A DNA stretch of 64,000 bases from Sulfolobales archaeon (GTDB taxonomy: Archaea; Thermoproteota; Thermoprotei_A; Sulfolobales; AG1): contig JAWBYA010000004.1 in assembly GCA_038867615.1 (NCBI GenBank), positions 32,001-96,000 of the forward strand. Direction: 5' to 3'. Positions 21,791 to 32,466 of the stretch are shown piece after piece (position 1 is the first letter of the stretch; the number at the start of each line of letters is the position of its first letter). Below the pieces are notes generated by a model. That model ran no database searches. It had not been told where the DNA came from and saw only the letters and a list, made by a program, of their open reading frames with translations. The position numbers and the translations under genes were made by a program.

Positions 21791-23395
21791 GTGATCATTG
21801 CTCCAACCAGTATTAAGAAGATCTGGGTTTTGAGTTTCGAACTAGAAGGGTATGTGAGTCTCGGTGGTCTTGGAAGGGCTGTTGCTAGGCATGTCTCGGG
21901 GCTTGTTAAGAAGGGCTTTGATGTAACAGTGTTCCTCCCATCCCATGGTAGACATCTCTCTAGAGAATATGTTGAGAGGCACGGTATGAGGGCTGTTCAG
22001 GGCTTCACACCATGCGGCCATAGGGTTGGGGTTGATGGTGTTTCTAGGAGATATTGCCTAGGCGCTGAGGAAATATGGATGGGCGGTGCTAGGGTTATTA
22101 TATTCAAGGGTCTTGACCACGAAACTGGGAAGTTTGTAGATAGATGGGGCGTCTATGAGGAGCTGCCTGAGAAGGCATGTCTATATACCAGAGCCCTTAT
22201 CCACTGGATCTATTGGTCTGGTGAGAAGCCCAACATGATCCATGCGAATGACTGGCCAACAGCCTTAGCAGGTGTTGCTGCTAAAAACATCTTCGAGCTT
22301 ATGGGGTACTCTATTCCTCTGCTATATATGGTGCACCTCATATCATCACCATCATTCCCATGGCACTATCCTTCTGACCAGTGGTGCGGCCTCCCCGATA
22401 CACTCCATAGGGTGTGGAATGGCTATTCCCATGTTAAGAGATCTACGAGAGATGTTTGGGACTCTCTGGGGGGTAATGTCGATATGTTCTCTCTCGTCGA
22501 GGCCGATGCCATAGCCTCTGTTAGCTGGGGCTATATGGAGGAGATCCTTGATAGGTTTGGTAGGTGGATGCATCCTAAGGCATGTGTGGTTCACAACTCA
22601 ACTGACTGGGAGGTTGGAAGTGTATCTAGGTATACGAGGGAGATGTTTGGAACATCCTCGAGGAAACTTCTTAGAAAGAGGATCGGCGATATAGTGGGGA
22701 GTATAAGCAATCCAAGGACAGGGCATCTCTCCAAGAAAGAGGTGATCATAGCTTCAAGCGGTAGGGCTACATGGCAGAAAGGCTTCGATGTTCTCATCAA
22801 AGCGGCAGACTATCTAGACGATAGGTTTGGGATAATCATAATGGCTATCGGTGTTGGTGATAGGGGCTTCGAGGAGAATATCTCGAGAATGGCTCTGGAG
22901 AGGTGGGGAAAAGTCTTAATACTATGGGGCGAGATCGATAGCAACATTCGAAAGACCATAACCTATCTATCAAATGTATATGCGGTTCCATCTAGATACG
23001 AGCCATTCGGCATAGTATCTATAGAGGCACAGGCCCTGGGAACCCCGGTTGTTGTTTCAAGAACGGGAGGCTTGCCAGAGACTATGCAGGAAATAAGGAG
23101 GGAGGGCTCTGGGACGGGGTTGCTTGTAAACCCAGAAGATCCTGGGGGGCTTGCCAGAGCAATAAGATCCCTTGCTTGGGCGTCAGAGGTGGCGGATACA
23201 GGGGATCTCGGGCTTGTAGCCAACATCGAGATCCCTGAGGTTGCTGAGGCTGTGCTGAAAAAACCAGATCTTTCGAGGGTAAATACTATAGCATGGGTTG
23301 ATGCGAGGTTTAGAGAGGAATCGATAGTGGGAGAGCTGTTGGCATGTTATGAGAAGGCTAGACAGATGGCTTATTATAGAGCTGTTTCACCCTAG
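21791..23395 (+). CDS. glgA: Glycogen synthase (GT5-like)
   Basis: LGGLG, HANDW, GRATWQKGFD, PSRYEPFG, TGGLPE. Confidence 0.88.
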   Translation: MIIAPTSIKKIWVLSFELEGYVSLGGLGRAVARHVSGLVKKGFDVTVFLPSHGRHLSREYVERHGMRAVQGFTPCGHRVGVDGVSRRYCLGAEEIWMGGARVIIFKGLDHETGKFVDRWGVYEELPEKACLYTRALIHWIYWSGEKPNMIHANDWPTALAGVAAKNIFELMGYSIPLLYMVHLISSPSFPWHYPSDQWCGLPDTLHRVWNGYSHVKRSTRDVWDSLGGNVDMFSLVEADAIASVSWGYMEEILDRFGRWMHPKACVVHNSTDWEVGSVSRYTREMFGTSSRKLLRKRIGDIVGSISNPRTGHLSKKEVIIASSGRATWQKGFDVLIKAADYLDDRFGIIIMAIGVGDRGFEENISRMALERWGKVLILWGEIDSNIRKTITYLSNVYAVPSRYEPFGIVSIEAQALGTPVVVSRTGGLPETMQEIRREGSGTGLLVNPEDPGGLARAIRSLAWASEVADTGDLGLVANIEIPEVAEAVLKKPDLSRVNTIAWVDARFREESIVGELLACYEKARQMAYYRAVSP

Positions 23396-24180
23396 CCCTT
23401 ATAGGATTTAATAGCCCTGATGATTTCAAGAGCCTTTGCCGGATCCTTTTCAAAAACCGTTCCAAGGACTATCGCGTCGGCTCCAGCACTTACTATTTCG
23501 AGCGCTGTTTCAGGACTCCTGATACCCCCGCCCACTATTATGTATTGGTTTGTGCTTTTCCTAACAGCCCTCACAGCCTGGGGACTTATGGGTTTTAGAG
23601 CTCCTGAGCCGCCTTCTAGATATATGAACCTCATTCCAAGAAGCTCTGACGCCATAGCATAGGCTGCGAAGACCTCGTATAGCTCGCTTGGTATGGGTCT
23701 AGCCCATCCTATGTGGCTTACAGCCGTTCCATCACCTGTGACTATATATGCTGTTGGGAGCACCTCAAGGCCGTATCTCTTAACTATCGGAGCCCCCAGC
23801 ACCTGGGCTCCTATTATGTAGTAGGGATCCGCGCTGTTTAAGAGGGACATGAAGAGGATTGCGTCAGCATTTGGCGAGATACCGTTGACATTTCCTGGGA
23901 AGAGTATTATGGGTAAGCCTGTTTCTCGGAGCATATCTATAGTCCTACTGATCTCGATCTCAGAGACCCCCATGCTCCCGCCAACAAGTATTGCATCGAT
24001 CAGACCCTCGCTTGAATAGGATCTCAGGATCTTGCGCATCTCGTCGCGGTACTTAGAGGGATCAGGATCTATAAGGATTAGGGCAGCCTTTTCACCAGCC
24101 CTGGCCTTGGATCTCAGGGTCTCCTCAACTTTACCTCTCCACATATTAGTTCCACCAGAGTTACTGTCCTTCCCCACCAC
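23392..24180 (-). CDS. Geranylgeranylglyceryl phosphate synthase
   Basis: LIDPD, VGGS, LFPG, FMSLLNS, YLEGGSGA, VGGGIR. Confidence 0.95.
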   Translation of the reverse strand: MVGKDSNSGGTNMWRGKVEETLRSKARAGEKAALILIDPDPSKYRDEMRKILRSYSSEGLIDAILVGGSMGVSEIEISRTIDMLRETGLPIILFPGNVNGISPNADAILFMSLLNSADPYYIIGAQVLGAPIVKRYGLEVLPTAYIVTGDGTAVSHIGWARPIPSELYEVFAAYAMASELLGMRFIYLEGGSGALKPISPQAVRAVRKSTNQYIIVGGGIRSPETALEIVSAGADAIVLGTVFEKDPAKALEIIRAIKSYKG

Positions 24181-24185
24181 CGATC

Positions 24186-24497
24186 CTAGCTCTCACTTTC
24201 TTTTTCCTCTTCAAAACCCTCCTCAAACCAGATCTCTATAGTTCCTGAGAAATATCCATCGACGAATTTTCCATATGCATCTACGGGCTGTGCAAGTGCT
24301 GGGATACCTTTCACCACAGATCTAAGCCTACACCTAGGGTTAGAACACGCTATATGGGCTATCCTATCCCCATCTTTCTCCTCTATCTTAACAGAGATCG
24401 AGACAGCACCGCATTCGGGGCACTGGAACGTTCTAGGAGGTCTCCTTCTAGCCCAATGGGTAGTCTTAAAAGTCTTCCTCTTCTTCCTCCTCCCCAT
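24186..24497 (-). CDS. elf1: Transcription elongation factor Elf1
   Basis: MGRRKKR, FQCPEC..CSNPRC Zn ribbon, PVDAYGKFVD. Confidence 0.88.
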   Translation of the reverse strand: MGRRKKRKTFKTTHWARRRPPRTFQCPECGAVSISVKIEEKDGDRIAHIACSNPRCRLRSVVKGIPALAQPVDAYGKFVDGYFSGTIEIWFEEGFEEEKESES

Positions 24498-24868
24498 TTA
24501 TTGCACCAACCTATAATGTGCTCTCTCAAAAATATTATTGAACGCGTTGAAAGCTCGCTATGCAGAAGGCTGGATCGAGATGTATTTGCCGGTGAGAACC
24601 TCCGGGGCTTCAAACTTCATAGCAGTTGATATTATTAGTTATTGATAGCCTTATCTTTAGTTCCACAGATCTTAGAACTGCTCTAATAAAAGAATATGTT
24701 ATTTGTTCCGCGTTCAGAGTAGCACCTATCTATGGTTCCTTTTATTAATGAGACCCACATCCCGGATCTTTTATCCCGGTTCGTGTTTTCATAGGAGAAA
24801 CCTTGGTATCGATGGATATTCAGGGATAAATTGATAAATAGCTCTTAGTAATTTTTATCTGAGTCTCA

Positions 24869-25948
24869 ATGAAGGTTGGGGTTATAGGGGGCGGACCTTC
24901 AGGGCTTGCTATAGCACGCATGCTCTCCGATAGGGGTTATGAGGTGTATGTCTACGAGGCTCACAGAAGCTTTGCTGTGAAGCCATGTGGGTGGGGATAC
25001 CCTACTCCTGAGAGTGATGAGAAAAAATACAGGGTTTTCTCAGAGGCTGTCAAGGCGTCCATATGGGTTTTTAAGGGTTATGATGTATATCTGAACGACG
25101 ATCTCTTGTTCCATAGTGATAAACAGATCCTGGGCTATATAATAGATAAGAAGCAGTTCCTTGAGAACCTTTCCCAGGGTATTGAGGTTGAGAGAGGATC
25201 TCCAGCCAGGTATCTCGGGGGAGGTCTTATAAGGGGTAGGAGTGGTGTGAAGAGATTCGATATAGTGATCATAGCTGGGGGCTTTCCAGCCCAGCCTAGA
25301 AGGCTTGATAGGATACTTGCGGTGCAGGCTATAATAAGATCCCCGAGGATCGAGGATGCCGAGATCCCCGAGCTCAGGTTCTACTCAGACTTGGTGGGAT
25401 ATGCGTGGGTATTTCCAGAGGGTGAGAAGACTGCAAGAGTGGGTGTTGGGGGTTACGCTAGCAGAGAAACGCTGGAGAAGATCCTGGGCATGGTTATTAA
25501 GAAGAGACAGGATCTTGCAAAGGGCGAGGTTATAAAGAGAGAGGGTGCTGAGGTCACAGTCTCGGGGGTTGATTGGGATCTAGCTAGATCTAGAGATCCG
25601 TTTTATGTGGGTGAGGCTCTCGGATACATTATGCCTGTGACCGGCGAGGGGATAAGGCCTGCCATATGGAGTTCGATAGCCCTTTTCAACGCCATTGAGA
25701 ATGGTAATAGCTATGAGGAGGAGCTCAGAAAACTCAAGCTGACCAGGTTCATAGGGATCCATAGGAAGATCCTTAATATAATGATTAAAATGAAGCCAAA
25801 CGAGAGAGATCTCTTCATCAAAAACGTGCCAGAGGATCTAATGCTGGATCTATCTCTTGGAAGAGCAAGCACCATTGATCTATTAAGACTAGCGAAGATC
25901 CCGGAGCTAGCAATGATCCTGACCAGATATGCTATAAAGATTATATAG
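24869..25948 (+). CDS. Geranylgeranyl reductase-family FAD oxidoreductase
   Basis: GGGPSG, KPCG, GYAWVFP, VGEALG, PVTGEGIRPA. Confidence 0.85.
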   Translation: MKVGVIGGGPSGLAIARMLSDRGYEVYVYEAHRSFAVKPCGWGYPTPESDEKKYRVFSEAVKASIWVFKGYDVYLNDDLLFHSDKQILGYIIDKKQFLENLSQGIEVERGSPARYLGGGLIRGRSGVKRFDIVIIAGGFPAQPRRLDRILAVQAIIRSPRIEDAEIPELRFYSDLVGYAWVFPEGEKTARVGVGGYASRETLEKILGMVIKKRQDLAKGEVIKREGAEVTVSGVDWDLARSRDPFYVGEALGYIMPVTGEGIRPAIWSSIALFNAIENGNSYEEELRKLKLTRFIGIHRKILNIMIKMKPNERDLFIKNVPEDLMLDLSLGRASTIDLLRLAKIPELAMILTRYAIKII

Positions 25949-26309
25949 AGTTAGCCGAAAGAGAGCCAAATATAGTTAAAGATCTATGGTTCCCAGCTAT
26001 CTGAGGAACTATATATTGCTACTCTCTCGTTCTCCATAGTTATCATTCTATCTATACCAATCTGTATAGCGATTCCCGCATCGTGCGAAATGATCGTGAT
26101 ACCCATACCCTCCTTATAATTGCCATATTATCATGGATAGAGTGTGGAAAAACCCTACCGGTGAGATCAGATAGATCCTCTATAAAAATCTATCACAGAC
26201 ATCATAGCAGCTAACCAAAATAGACCCTACCTGGTTGCAGCACAAAGATCTATGTGTTATGGTGGCTGGTCAAATATATTCTCTCTATCGTCACTACTTT
26301 AGGGAGTTT

Positions 26310-27401
26310 TTGCCGAGGATACCTCTTCTAGATCTTCTTAGGAGTTATGGCGGCGATGTTGGGGTTTTCGCAGGCTTTGAGACTATAATGAGCTATGGCG
26401 ATCCCTTCTCCGAGCATTTAGCCGTTAGGAGGGATGCTGCTGTATTTGATATAAGCCATATGGGGAGGATCCTTGTTGAGGGGCCTGACTCGCAAGAACT
26501 CCTAGACATGCTCTTACCAAGAGATCTTGGCGATTCGAAGGATGGCGTCATGATTGGGCCTACGGCTTTTCTCAACGACTCAGGGGGCTTTAAGGATGAT
26601 GTTATGCTATATAGATTTTCAAACGAGAGATGGCTTGTTGTGTGTAACGCTATCAATAGGGAGAAGATCCTTGGGTGGCTTAGGGAGTGGATCTCTAGGA
26701 AGGGTTACAAGGCATCTATAGTTGATCAGACCCTCGAGACGGCTATGCTAGCTATACAGGGGCCTAGGGTGGTCGAATATATATCAAAGATCCCCGGGTT
26801 CTCCGAAGCCTCCTCGCTTAAGCCCCTTGAGTTTCTCGAAAACCTAGATACCTCTCTGGGTAGGGTTGATATTATTAGCAGGAGTGGCTGGACTGGGGAG
26901 GATGGTTTCGAGATTGTTTCGAGGCCAGGTATTGCCGCCGAGATCATTGCTAGGCTTAGAAGCATGGGTGTAGCATTGGCGGGGTTGATTGCCAGGGATA
27001 GTCTGAGGATGGAGATGGGCTATGTATTATATGGTGAGGATATAGATGAGGATATAAACCCATACGAGGCTAGATACTGGGTCTTCACCAGGGGTAAGGA
27101 GGGCTGTATAGGCTGCGATGCCTTGAGAGGGATTGGGAGGAGAGGTGTTGCTAAGGCTAGATATATGTTTAGGCTTAAGAAAGGGCTGAGGGTAATACCA
27201 AGGAGGGGTTATAAGGTGCTATATGAGGGTGAGGAGATAGGCTATATAACCAGCGGTTCATACTCACCCTACCTAGAGAGACCAATAGCTATGGGTTATA
27301 TTAAAAGCAGCCACGCATTGCCAGGGCTTAGTGTTGATATAGAGGTTAGGGGAAAGCTTTATGAGGCGAAAATCCTCGACTACCCCTTGATCAAGAGGTG
27401 A
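26310..27401 (+). CDS. gcvT: Glycine cleavage system aminomethyltransferase T
   Basis: EHLAVR, FDISHMG, SRSGWTGEDGFE, ARDSLRMEMG, TSGSYSP; TTG 26310 after GGGAG SD. Confidence 0.95.
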   Translation: MPRIPLLDLLRSYGGDVGVFAGFETIMSYGDPFSEHLAVRRDAAVFDISHMGRILVEGPDSQELLDMLLPRDLGDSKDGVMIGPTAFLNDSGGFKDDVMLYRFSNERWLVVCNAINREKILGWLREWISRKGYKASIVDQTLETAMLAIQGPRVVEYISKIPGFSEASSLKPLEFLENLDTSLGRVDIISRSGWTGEDGFEIVSRPGIAAEIIARLRSMGVALAGLIARDSLRMEMGYVLYGEDIDEDINPYEARYWVFTRGKEGCIGCDALRGIGRRGVAKARYMFRLKKGLRVIPRRGYKVLYEGEEIGYITSGSYSPYLERPIAMGYIKSSHALPGLSVDIEVRGKLYEAKILDYPLIKR

Positions 27402-27405
27402 TAGC

Positions 27406-27813
27406 TTGAGCGATATAGAGGTTAAGGGATATATTGTTAAGAGGGACAGGCTATACACCGAAACAGACGAGTGGGTAAAGATAGAGGGCGATATAGCGGT
27501 TATCGGGATAACTGATTATGCACAGAAGAAGTTAAAGAACATAATAGGGATAGAGCTCCCATCTAGAGGGACTAGGGTTAGAGCTGGCGACACTATAGGT
27601 ACTATCGAGAGCATAAAGGCTGTCTCAGACATCTATGCCCCTGTGGGCGGCGAGGTTATTGAGGTCAATGAAAGGCTCTCAAACGAGCCGGAATTAATCA
27701 ACCACGAACCCTATGAGGGTGGATGGATGGTTAAGATCAAAATCGCTTCTAAGGATGAGCTTGGAAAACTACTATCTCCCGAGAAATATGCTGAGAAGAT
27801 CTCGAGGGACTAG
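27406..27813 (+). CDS. gcvH: Glycine cleavage system H protein
   Basis: GITDYAQ, IESIKAVSD lipoyl lysine, PYEGGW. Confidence 0.96.
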   Translation: MSDIEVKGYIVKRDRLYTETDEWVKIEGDIAVIGITDYAQKKLKNIIGIELPSRGTRVRAGDTIGTIESIKAVSDIYAPVGGEVIEVNERLSNEPELINHEPYEGGWMVKIKIASKDELGKLLSPEKYAEKISRD

Positions 27814-27815
27814 TT

Positions 27816-28259
27816 TTGGAGGCTCTCAGACTACCCCCAAGGGTGAAGATCCTTGAGGCTTTAGGGGCTATAGCGGATAACAGGGTTAAGATCGTATCAG
27901 ACCGCGAAGCTATAGTAGTAAGCTCAGAAGGCGATAGGAGTTATAAGGTCTACATAGATCTCGAGGAGAAAGCAGCCTATAGCGATGACAATGGAACCAA
28001 GTTTAGAGGATATGTCGGCTACCCAATAGTAGCGGTTCTAATGATAAAAGGCGCTCTACCCTTCGACGCAAAGATCGCTGAAGCACTGAAGGGTGTCAAG
28101 TGGAGACAGCTTAACGAGAAGTATAAGAGCTACGCCATAGTTGAGGATCTCCTGCTCAGAGAACTAAAAACAAGATCCATAGATCCTGAGTATGTGAAAA
28201 ACTATATCTCAAACACAATGTCAGCCCTAGCCAGGCTTGGTTTGAGGAGAAAAACCTAG
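27816..28259 (+). CDS. Conserved hypothetical protein
   Basis: PPRVKILEALGAIAD, SDDNGT, GYVGYP, WRQLNEKY; 2 nt after gcvH. Confidence 0.75.
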   Translation: MEALRLPPRVKILEALGAIADNRVKIVSDREAIVVSSEGDRSYKVYIDLEEKAAYSDDNGTKFRGYVGYPIVAVLMIKGALPFDAKIAEALKGVKWRQLNEKYKSYAIVEDLLLRELKTRSIDPEYVKNYISNTMSALARLGLRRKT

Positions 28260-28489
28260 GATCGCTGACTATTGGTTTGATGAGAGTAGCTCCTATCAAT
28301 GTTCAAGAGATCTTTTCTACTTGGCTTGGAGTATTTCTTTCTCACAGTTAGGACGAAAACAAACCTATAGCGGAAACAATGCTAGCCATGCCGATAAACC
28401 CGATCTTTTCCAAGAAAGAATATAGAGATCTCTCAAGCCGGTTTCAATAATTTAATGCTCTGTGTATCAACATACAATGGTTTGGAGGC

Positions 28490-29539
28490 TTGAAGCTAAA
28501 GATAATATATGATCAGAGGCACTCGCTACACAGAGATCCTTATGGGAGGCATCCAGAAGATCCTAGGAGGGTTGAGGAGGGCCTAGCAGCTCTCAGAGCC
28601 TCTGAGGCATGGGGATATATAGATCTGGTAAACCCATCCGAGCCTGATTATAGTGTTGCTCTCGTGGTACATGATGAGGAGTATGTGGATCGGATTAAAC
28701 AGGAATCCTCGCTCGGTTTCCACTACATAGACCCGGATACGTATGTGAATGAATATACGTTCGAGATAGCATCGATTTTCGCGACAGCAGCGAGAGAAGC
28801 GGCTCTAAGCTCGATCGCTAGTGGAGAGCCCTACTTTATAATGTCTAGACCCGGAGGACATCATGCTGGGAGGAGGGGTAGAGCTATGGGTGCTCCTACC
28901 CTAGGGTTCTGTATATTTGACTATACATCGATTGCTGCGAAGGCTCTGATCGATAAGGGGTACAGGGTTATGATCCTTGATATAGATGCTCACCATGGCA
29001 ACGGATCCCAGGAGATCCTGTGGCTGGAGCCAAGAGCGCTGCATATAGATATACACCAGACAGGCATATACCCGGGTACTGGTGGTATTTGGAGTATTGG
29101 GGGAGGTGTGGCTAGAGGTACAAAGATCAATATACCGCTCGAAAGAGGCTCTGGGGATAGTGTTTACTCATGGATCTTGAGTCGTGTCATAGAGCCTGCC
29201 AGAAAGATCTATGAGCCTGATTTCCTCATAGTGTTTGCCGGTTTTGATGCACATATGGAGGATCCTCTCACAGGTCTTGAGGTTACCGAGGATACCTATG
29301 CAATGTTTGGAAGCTATGTGGGTAGGCTTCTTGAGAGGGGAGAGATAGCTGGTAGCCTCTCAATCCTTGGTGGGGGTTATGGTGAGGGGGCTATTACGAG
29401 CTTTGTAGCATATGTAGAAGCCATGCTGGGGATCAGGGAGCAGCCTATGATAAGTGAGGAGGAGCCCTCCCCAAGCGTGGTTAGTGCAATACCAGGGATC
29501 ATGGATCTCTTAAGAGATGCTGCTACAAGGATCAAGTAG
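28490..29539 (+). CDS. Histone deacetylase/acetoin utilization family Zn-dependent deacylase
   Basis: HPE, RPGGHHAG, GFCIF, DIDAHHGNG, GFDAH.EDPL, GGGY. Confidence 0.93.
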   Translation: MKLKIIYDQRHSLHRDPYGRHPEDPRRVEEGLAALRASEAWGYIDLVNPSEPDYSVALVVHDEEYVDRIKQESSLGFHYIDPDTYVNEYTFEIASIFATAAREAALSSIASGEPYFIMSRPGGHHAGRRGRAMGAPTLGFCIFDYTSIAAKALIDKGYRVMILDIDAHHGNGSQEILWLEPRALHIDIHQTGIYPGTGGIWSIGGGVARGTKINIPLERGSGDSVYSWILSRVIEPARKIYEPDFLIVFAGFDAHMEDPLTGLEVTEDTYAMFGSYVGRLLERGEIAGSLSILGGGYGEGAITSFVAYVEAMLGIREQPMISEEEPSPSVVSAIPGIMDLLRDAATRIK

Positions 29540-29627
29540 GTTTCTAATGCTTATTAATAGCTTTTCAAGGCTAACGTGTCTTGAGGATCATCCATTCTAT
29601 TAGATTTACTACTTATAATGCTGCCAA

Positions 29628-30428
29628 ATGCACCTAGATCCTGGTGGTGGTTTGAAGGCATATACGCATCCATTAACAGAGAGCGGTAGATCTTCGATAG
29701 TGCCTCCAGGGCCTTATCACTATGGTGTTGAATACATAGCTGTGCATTTAAGGGTGGATAGGGATAAGGCGCAGAGGCTTTTGCCAGGATTTCTCAAGAG
29801 CACCGACGAGGCCTGGGTCTATGTCTCCGATTTTGTTACTGTTCATGGTAATAATACGGATTGGATCTATAGGATGCCTGAGATGACCCAGTATAAAGAG
29901 GCTGCTATAGCCCTCAAGGTTATCTATAATGGGAAGAACTATAACTACTTCCCATTCATGTGGGTTGATAAGGACTGGGCCCTCATAAGGGGGTGGCTGA
30001 ATGGGTATCCAAAAAAGATAGCCGAGATCTCGATGACAAAGATCAACCCGCTAAACCCAGCCCTAGGAGAGGTGGGGAGAGGTGCTAAACTAGGGGGTTA
30101 CTGTAGCAGGCTTGGGAGAAGGCTATTCACCCTCGTAGTAGAGCTTGAGGAAGAGACTAGAGAGATCCCTCTAAGGGGTTTCGGACCAACACTAACCTAT
30201 AGGCATTTCCCAGCCACATATGAGGGGCAGCAGAGCCTCTCAGAGGTCCTTGAGGTTGTTAGGAGCAACTATAGGCTTGGAAAGGCTTGGAGAGGTAGGG
30301 GTGAGGTTGAGATAGGCTATGGTGAGAATGACGAGGTGGAGCTCATAGAGGTTAGAGAGATCCTTGGTGGTTACTATTACACAGCTGGCTTCACGATAGA
30401 GGGAGGTAGGGTGGTGGGTAGGTATTGA
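29628..30428 (+). CDS. Acetoacetate decarboxylase-like family protein (likely start TTG 29652)
   Basis: YKEAA, ALIRGWLNGYPKK Schiff-base lysine motif. Confidence 0.87.
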   Translation: MHLDPGGGLKAYTHPLTESGRSSIVPPGPYHYGVEYIAVHLRVDRDKAQRLLPGFLKSTDEAWVYVSDFVTVHGNNTDWIYRMPEMTQYKEAAIALKVIYNGKNYNYFPFMWVDKDWALIRGWLNGYPKKIAEISMTKINPLNPALGEVGRGAKLGGYCSRLGRRLFTLVVELEEETREIPLRGFGPTLTYRHFPATYEGQQSLSEVLEVVRSNYRLGKAWRGRGEVEIGYGENDEVELIEVREILGGYYYTAGFTIEGGRVVGRY

Positions 30429-31291
30429 GGCTAGCAGTAGCAATATATAACGGTAAGAAGGTCTTCGGCGAGGTTAGGGGTGGATATCTATATATATTTG
30501 GAGAAGGTGATCTGAGAAGATATATAGAGTATAGAGGCGAGCCTAAGGGAGAGTCTGTAAGGATAGATGAGGTAGAGCTCCAACCACCTATGATTAGCTA
30601 TGTAATATGCGTGGTTGTGAACTCGGCTAAAATGCTAGGGCTAGATGATCCTGAGAGGGCTAAGAAAGAGCTTGGTCACCCGAGATTCACTATCAAAACC
30701 CCCAACACACTTGTTGGTCATATGGGGGTGGTGAGAGCCCCTAGGAGTGGGATAAGACCCGAGGTTGAGATAGCCCTTATAACTGCTAAAAGAATAGAGC
30801 GTGGAGGGAGCGTTAAAGAAGGGATCCTCGGATATACTGTTTTTAATGATGTAACAGCATCAGCACTAACTAAGGAGGATGCTTATTACGCCTATAGAAG
30901 GGATCCTGCTACTGGTGAGGTTAAGAGGGAGTATATCAGAGGAGCCCCATTTATAAGGAAGAATAGAGATACCTTCGGCCCCATGGGTCCATGGATCGTT
31001 ACTCCGGACGAGTTCGGCGAATTCGGGGGAAAGGATATGTATTCATCCTTCGAGGGCGAGATGGTTCAGAAGGGATCTAGCGACGAGCTCTTATTCGACG
31101 ATAAGGAGGTGCTAGAATATCTATCAAGCTTCATGACCATAGAAGCTGGAACGATAATTAGTATGGGGAGTATAGGGTATCTCGAGGCTGACAGGGATCA
31201 TAGCGAGTATTTATTGCCAAGTAGAGAGGGCTTTATGGAGGCTGGTGTAGAGGGTATAGGGGTTCTGAAGAACCGGGTTATCTTCGAATAA
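30425..31291 (+). CDS. Fumarylacetoacetate hydrolase family protein
   Basis: PEVEIA, GYTVFNDVTA, K.RDTFGPMGPWIVT, GIGVLKN. Confidence 0.9.
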   Translation: MRLAVAIYNGKKVFGEVRGGYLYIFGEGDLRRYIEYRGEPKGESVRIDEVELQPPMISYVICVVVNSAKMLGLDDPERAKKELGHPRFTIKTPNTLVGHMGVVRAPRSGIRPEVEIALITAKRIERGGSVKEGILGYTVFNDVTASALTKEDAYYAYRRDPATGEVKREYIRGAPFIRKNRDTFGPMGPWIVTPDEFGEFGGKDMYSSFEGEMVQKGSSDELLFDDKEVLEYLSSFMTIEAGTIISMGSIGYLEADRDHSEYLLPSREGFMEAGVEGIGVLKNRVIFE

Positions 31292-31312
31292 GTATGTTTA
31301 GGCTTTAGCCTT

Positions 31313-31996
31313 CTAGCTATTAATGTAGTAATCCCTATAGCCATGTATCCCTCTAAGGGGTACGAAGACGCATGGTATGTCTCTGGTTATCTCTAGTCTC
31401 CCGTCTTTTTTCTTATTAACTATTGTGAGTATTTGGAGCTCGGGCGATCCCACGGGTATTACAAGCCTTCCTCCTTTTTTCAGCTGCGATATAAGGGGTT
31501 CTGGGATCTTTGGCGATGCTGCTGTAACTATTATTCTCTCATAAGCCTCTCTCTCTACCCCTGTGCCAAGGCTTCCGTCACCAACTATTACTGATACCCT
31601 ATCTATATGCCCCGATCTCCTAAGATTCTCCCTTGCAAACATAGCCAAGCCTGGTATAAGCTCCACGCTAACCACATGTCCACACCCCTTTGACTGTGGA
31701 TCGACAAGCTCTGCCAAGATGGCAGCCTGGTAGCCAGAACCAGTACCGATCTCAAGCACTAAGCTACACTCAGGAGGATTGAGGGCTTCTGTCATTATAG
31801 CAACCATATGGGGGGCTGAGATCGTCTGTCCATAGCCTATTGGGAGGGGTCTGTCTATATATGCATATTTAACCAGATCTCTGGGCACAAAGAGCTCTCT
31901 AGGAACATTCTCAAAAGCTCTCACAACCCTCTCGCTCCTTATATATCCACTAGCTATTAGAGATTCTATCAGCTCCCTCATAACCCAGATCCGCAC
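31313..31996 (-). CDS. pcm: Protein-L-isoaspartate O-methyltransferase
   Basis: VPRELF, GQTISAPHM, LEIGTGSGY, GGRLVIPVG, FVPL. Confidence 0.96.
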   Translation of the reverse strand: MRIWVMRELIESLIASGYIRSERVVRAFENVPRELFVPRDLVKYAYIDRPLPIGYGQTISAPHMVAIMTEALNPPECSLVLEIGTGSGYQAAILAELVDPQSKGCGHVVSVELIPGLAMFARENLRRSGHIDRVSVIVGDGSLGTGVEREAYERIIVTAASPKIPEPLISQLKKGGRLVIPVGSPELQILTIVNKKKDGRLEITRDIPCVFVPLRGIHGYRDYYINS

Positions 31997-32466
31997 CCTA
32001 GATCTAAATAACTAGGACAACAGGTATGGCTGACATCAAGAGAATCAATATCAATACCCCTAGAGATGTGATGACTTGGAGCGAAGCCTAACTGTAAGAA
32101 GAGCATAATCCTACCCCCCAAATAACTAAACCGTTTGTCCCTAGATATAAAGGAACACCATAAAATATCCAGGGGGTTTGCCCATCCATAGAGATCTCCG
32201 CCCATGTTGGGCTGTGCATGGCTATCGCTAGCCAAATGCAATGGTACCCCATCCACTAGTAGGAGATCAGTGTCTATGGCTTAGAGCGTTAATCCCCTGA
32301 TACCCAGTGTCAATAGAGAGGCTGTTCACCAATAAACCATATAGATCAAAGTCTATAACTACCTTCTTACTTATGACTTATGATTATAAACAAGCGAACA
32401 GCCGCGAGAAATAAAAGCACGTAGGATCTCGGCTTAGGTCTGAGGTGTGCTTTATAAAAATACCTT

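Noticed and set aside
32066-32130. C/D box sRNA starting GTGATGA (also ~8520 and ~28279)
   Set aside because: No properly spaced CTGA D/D' boxes
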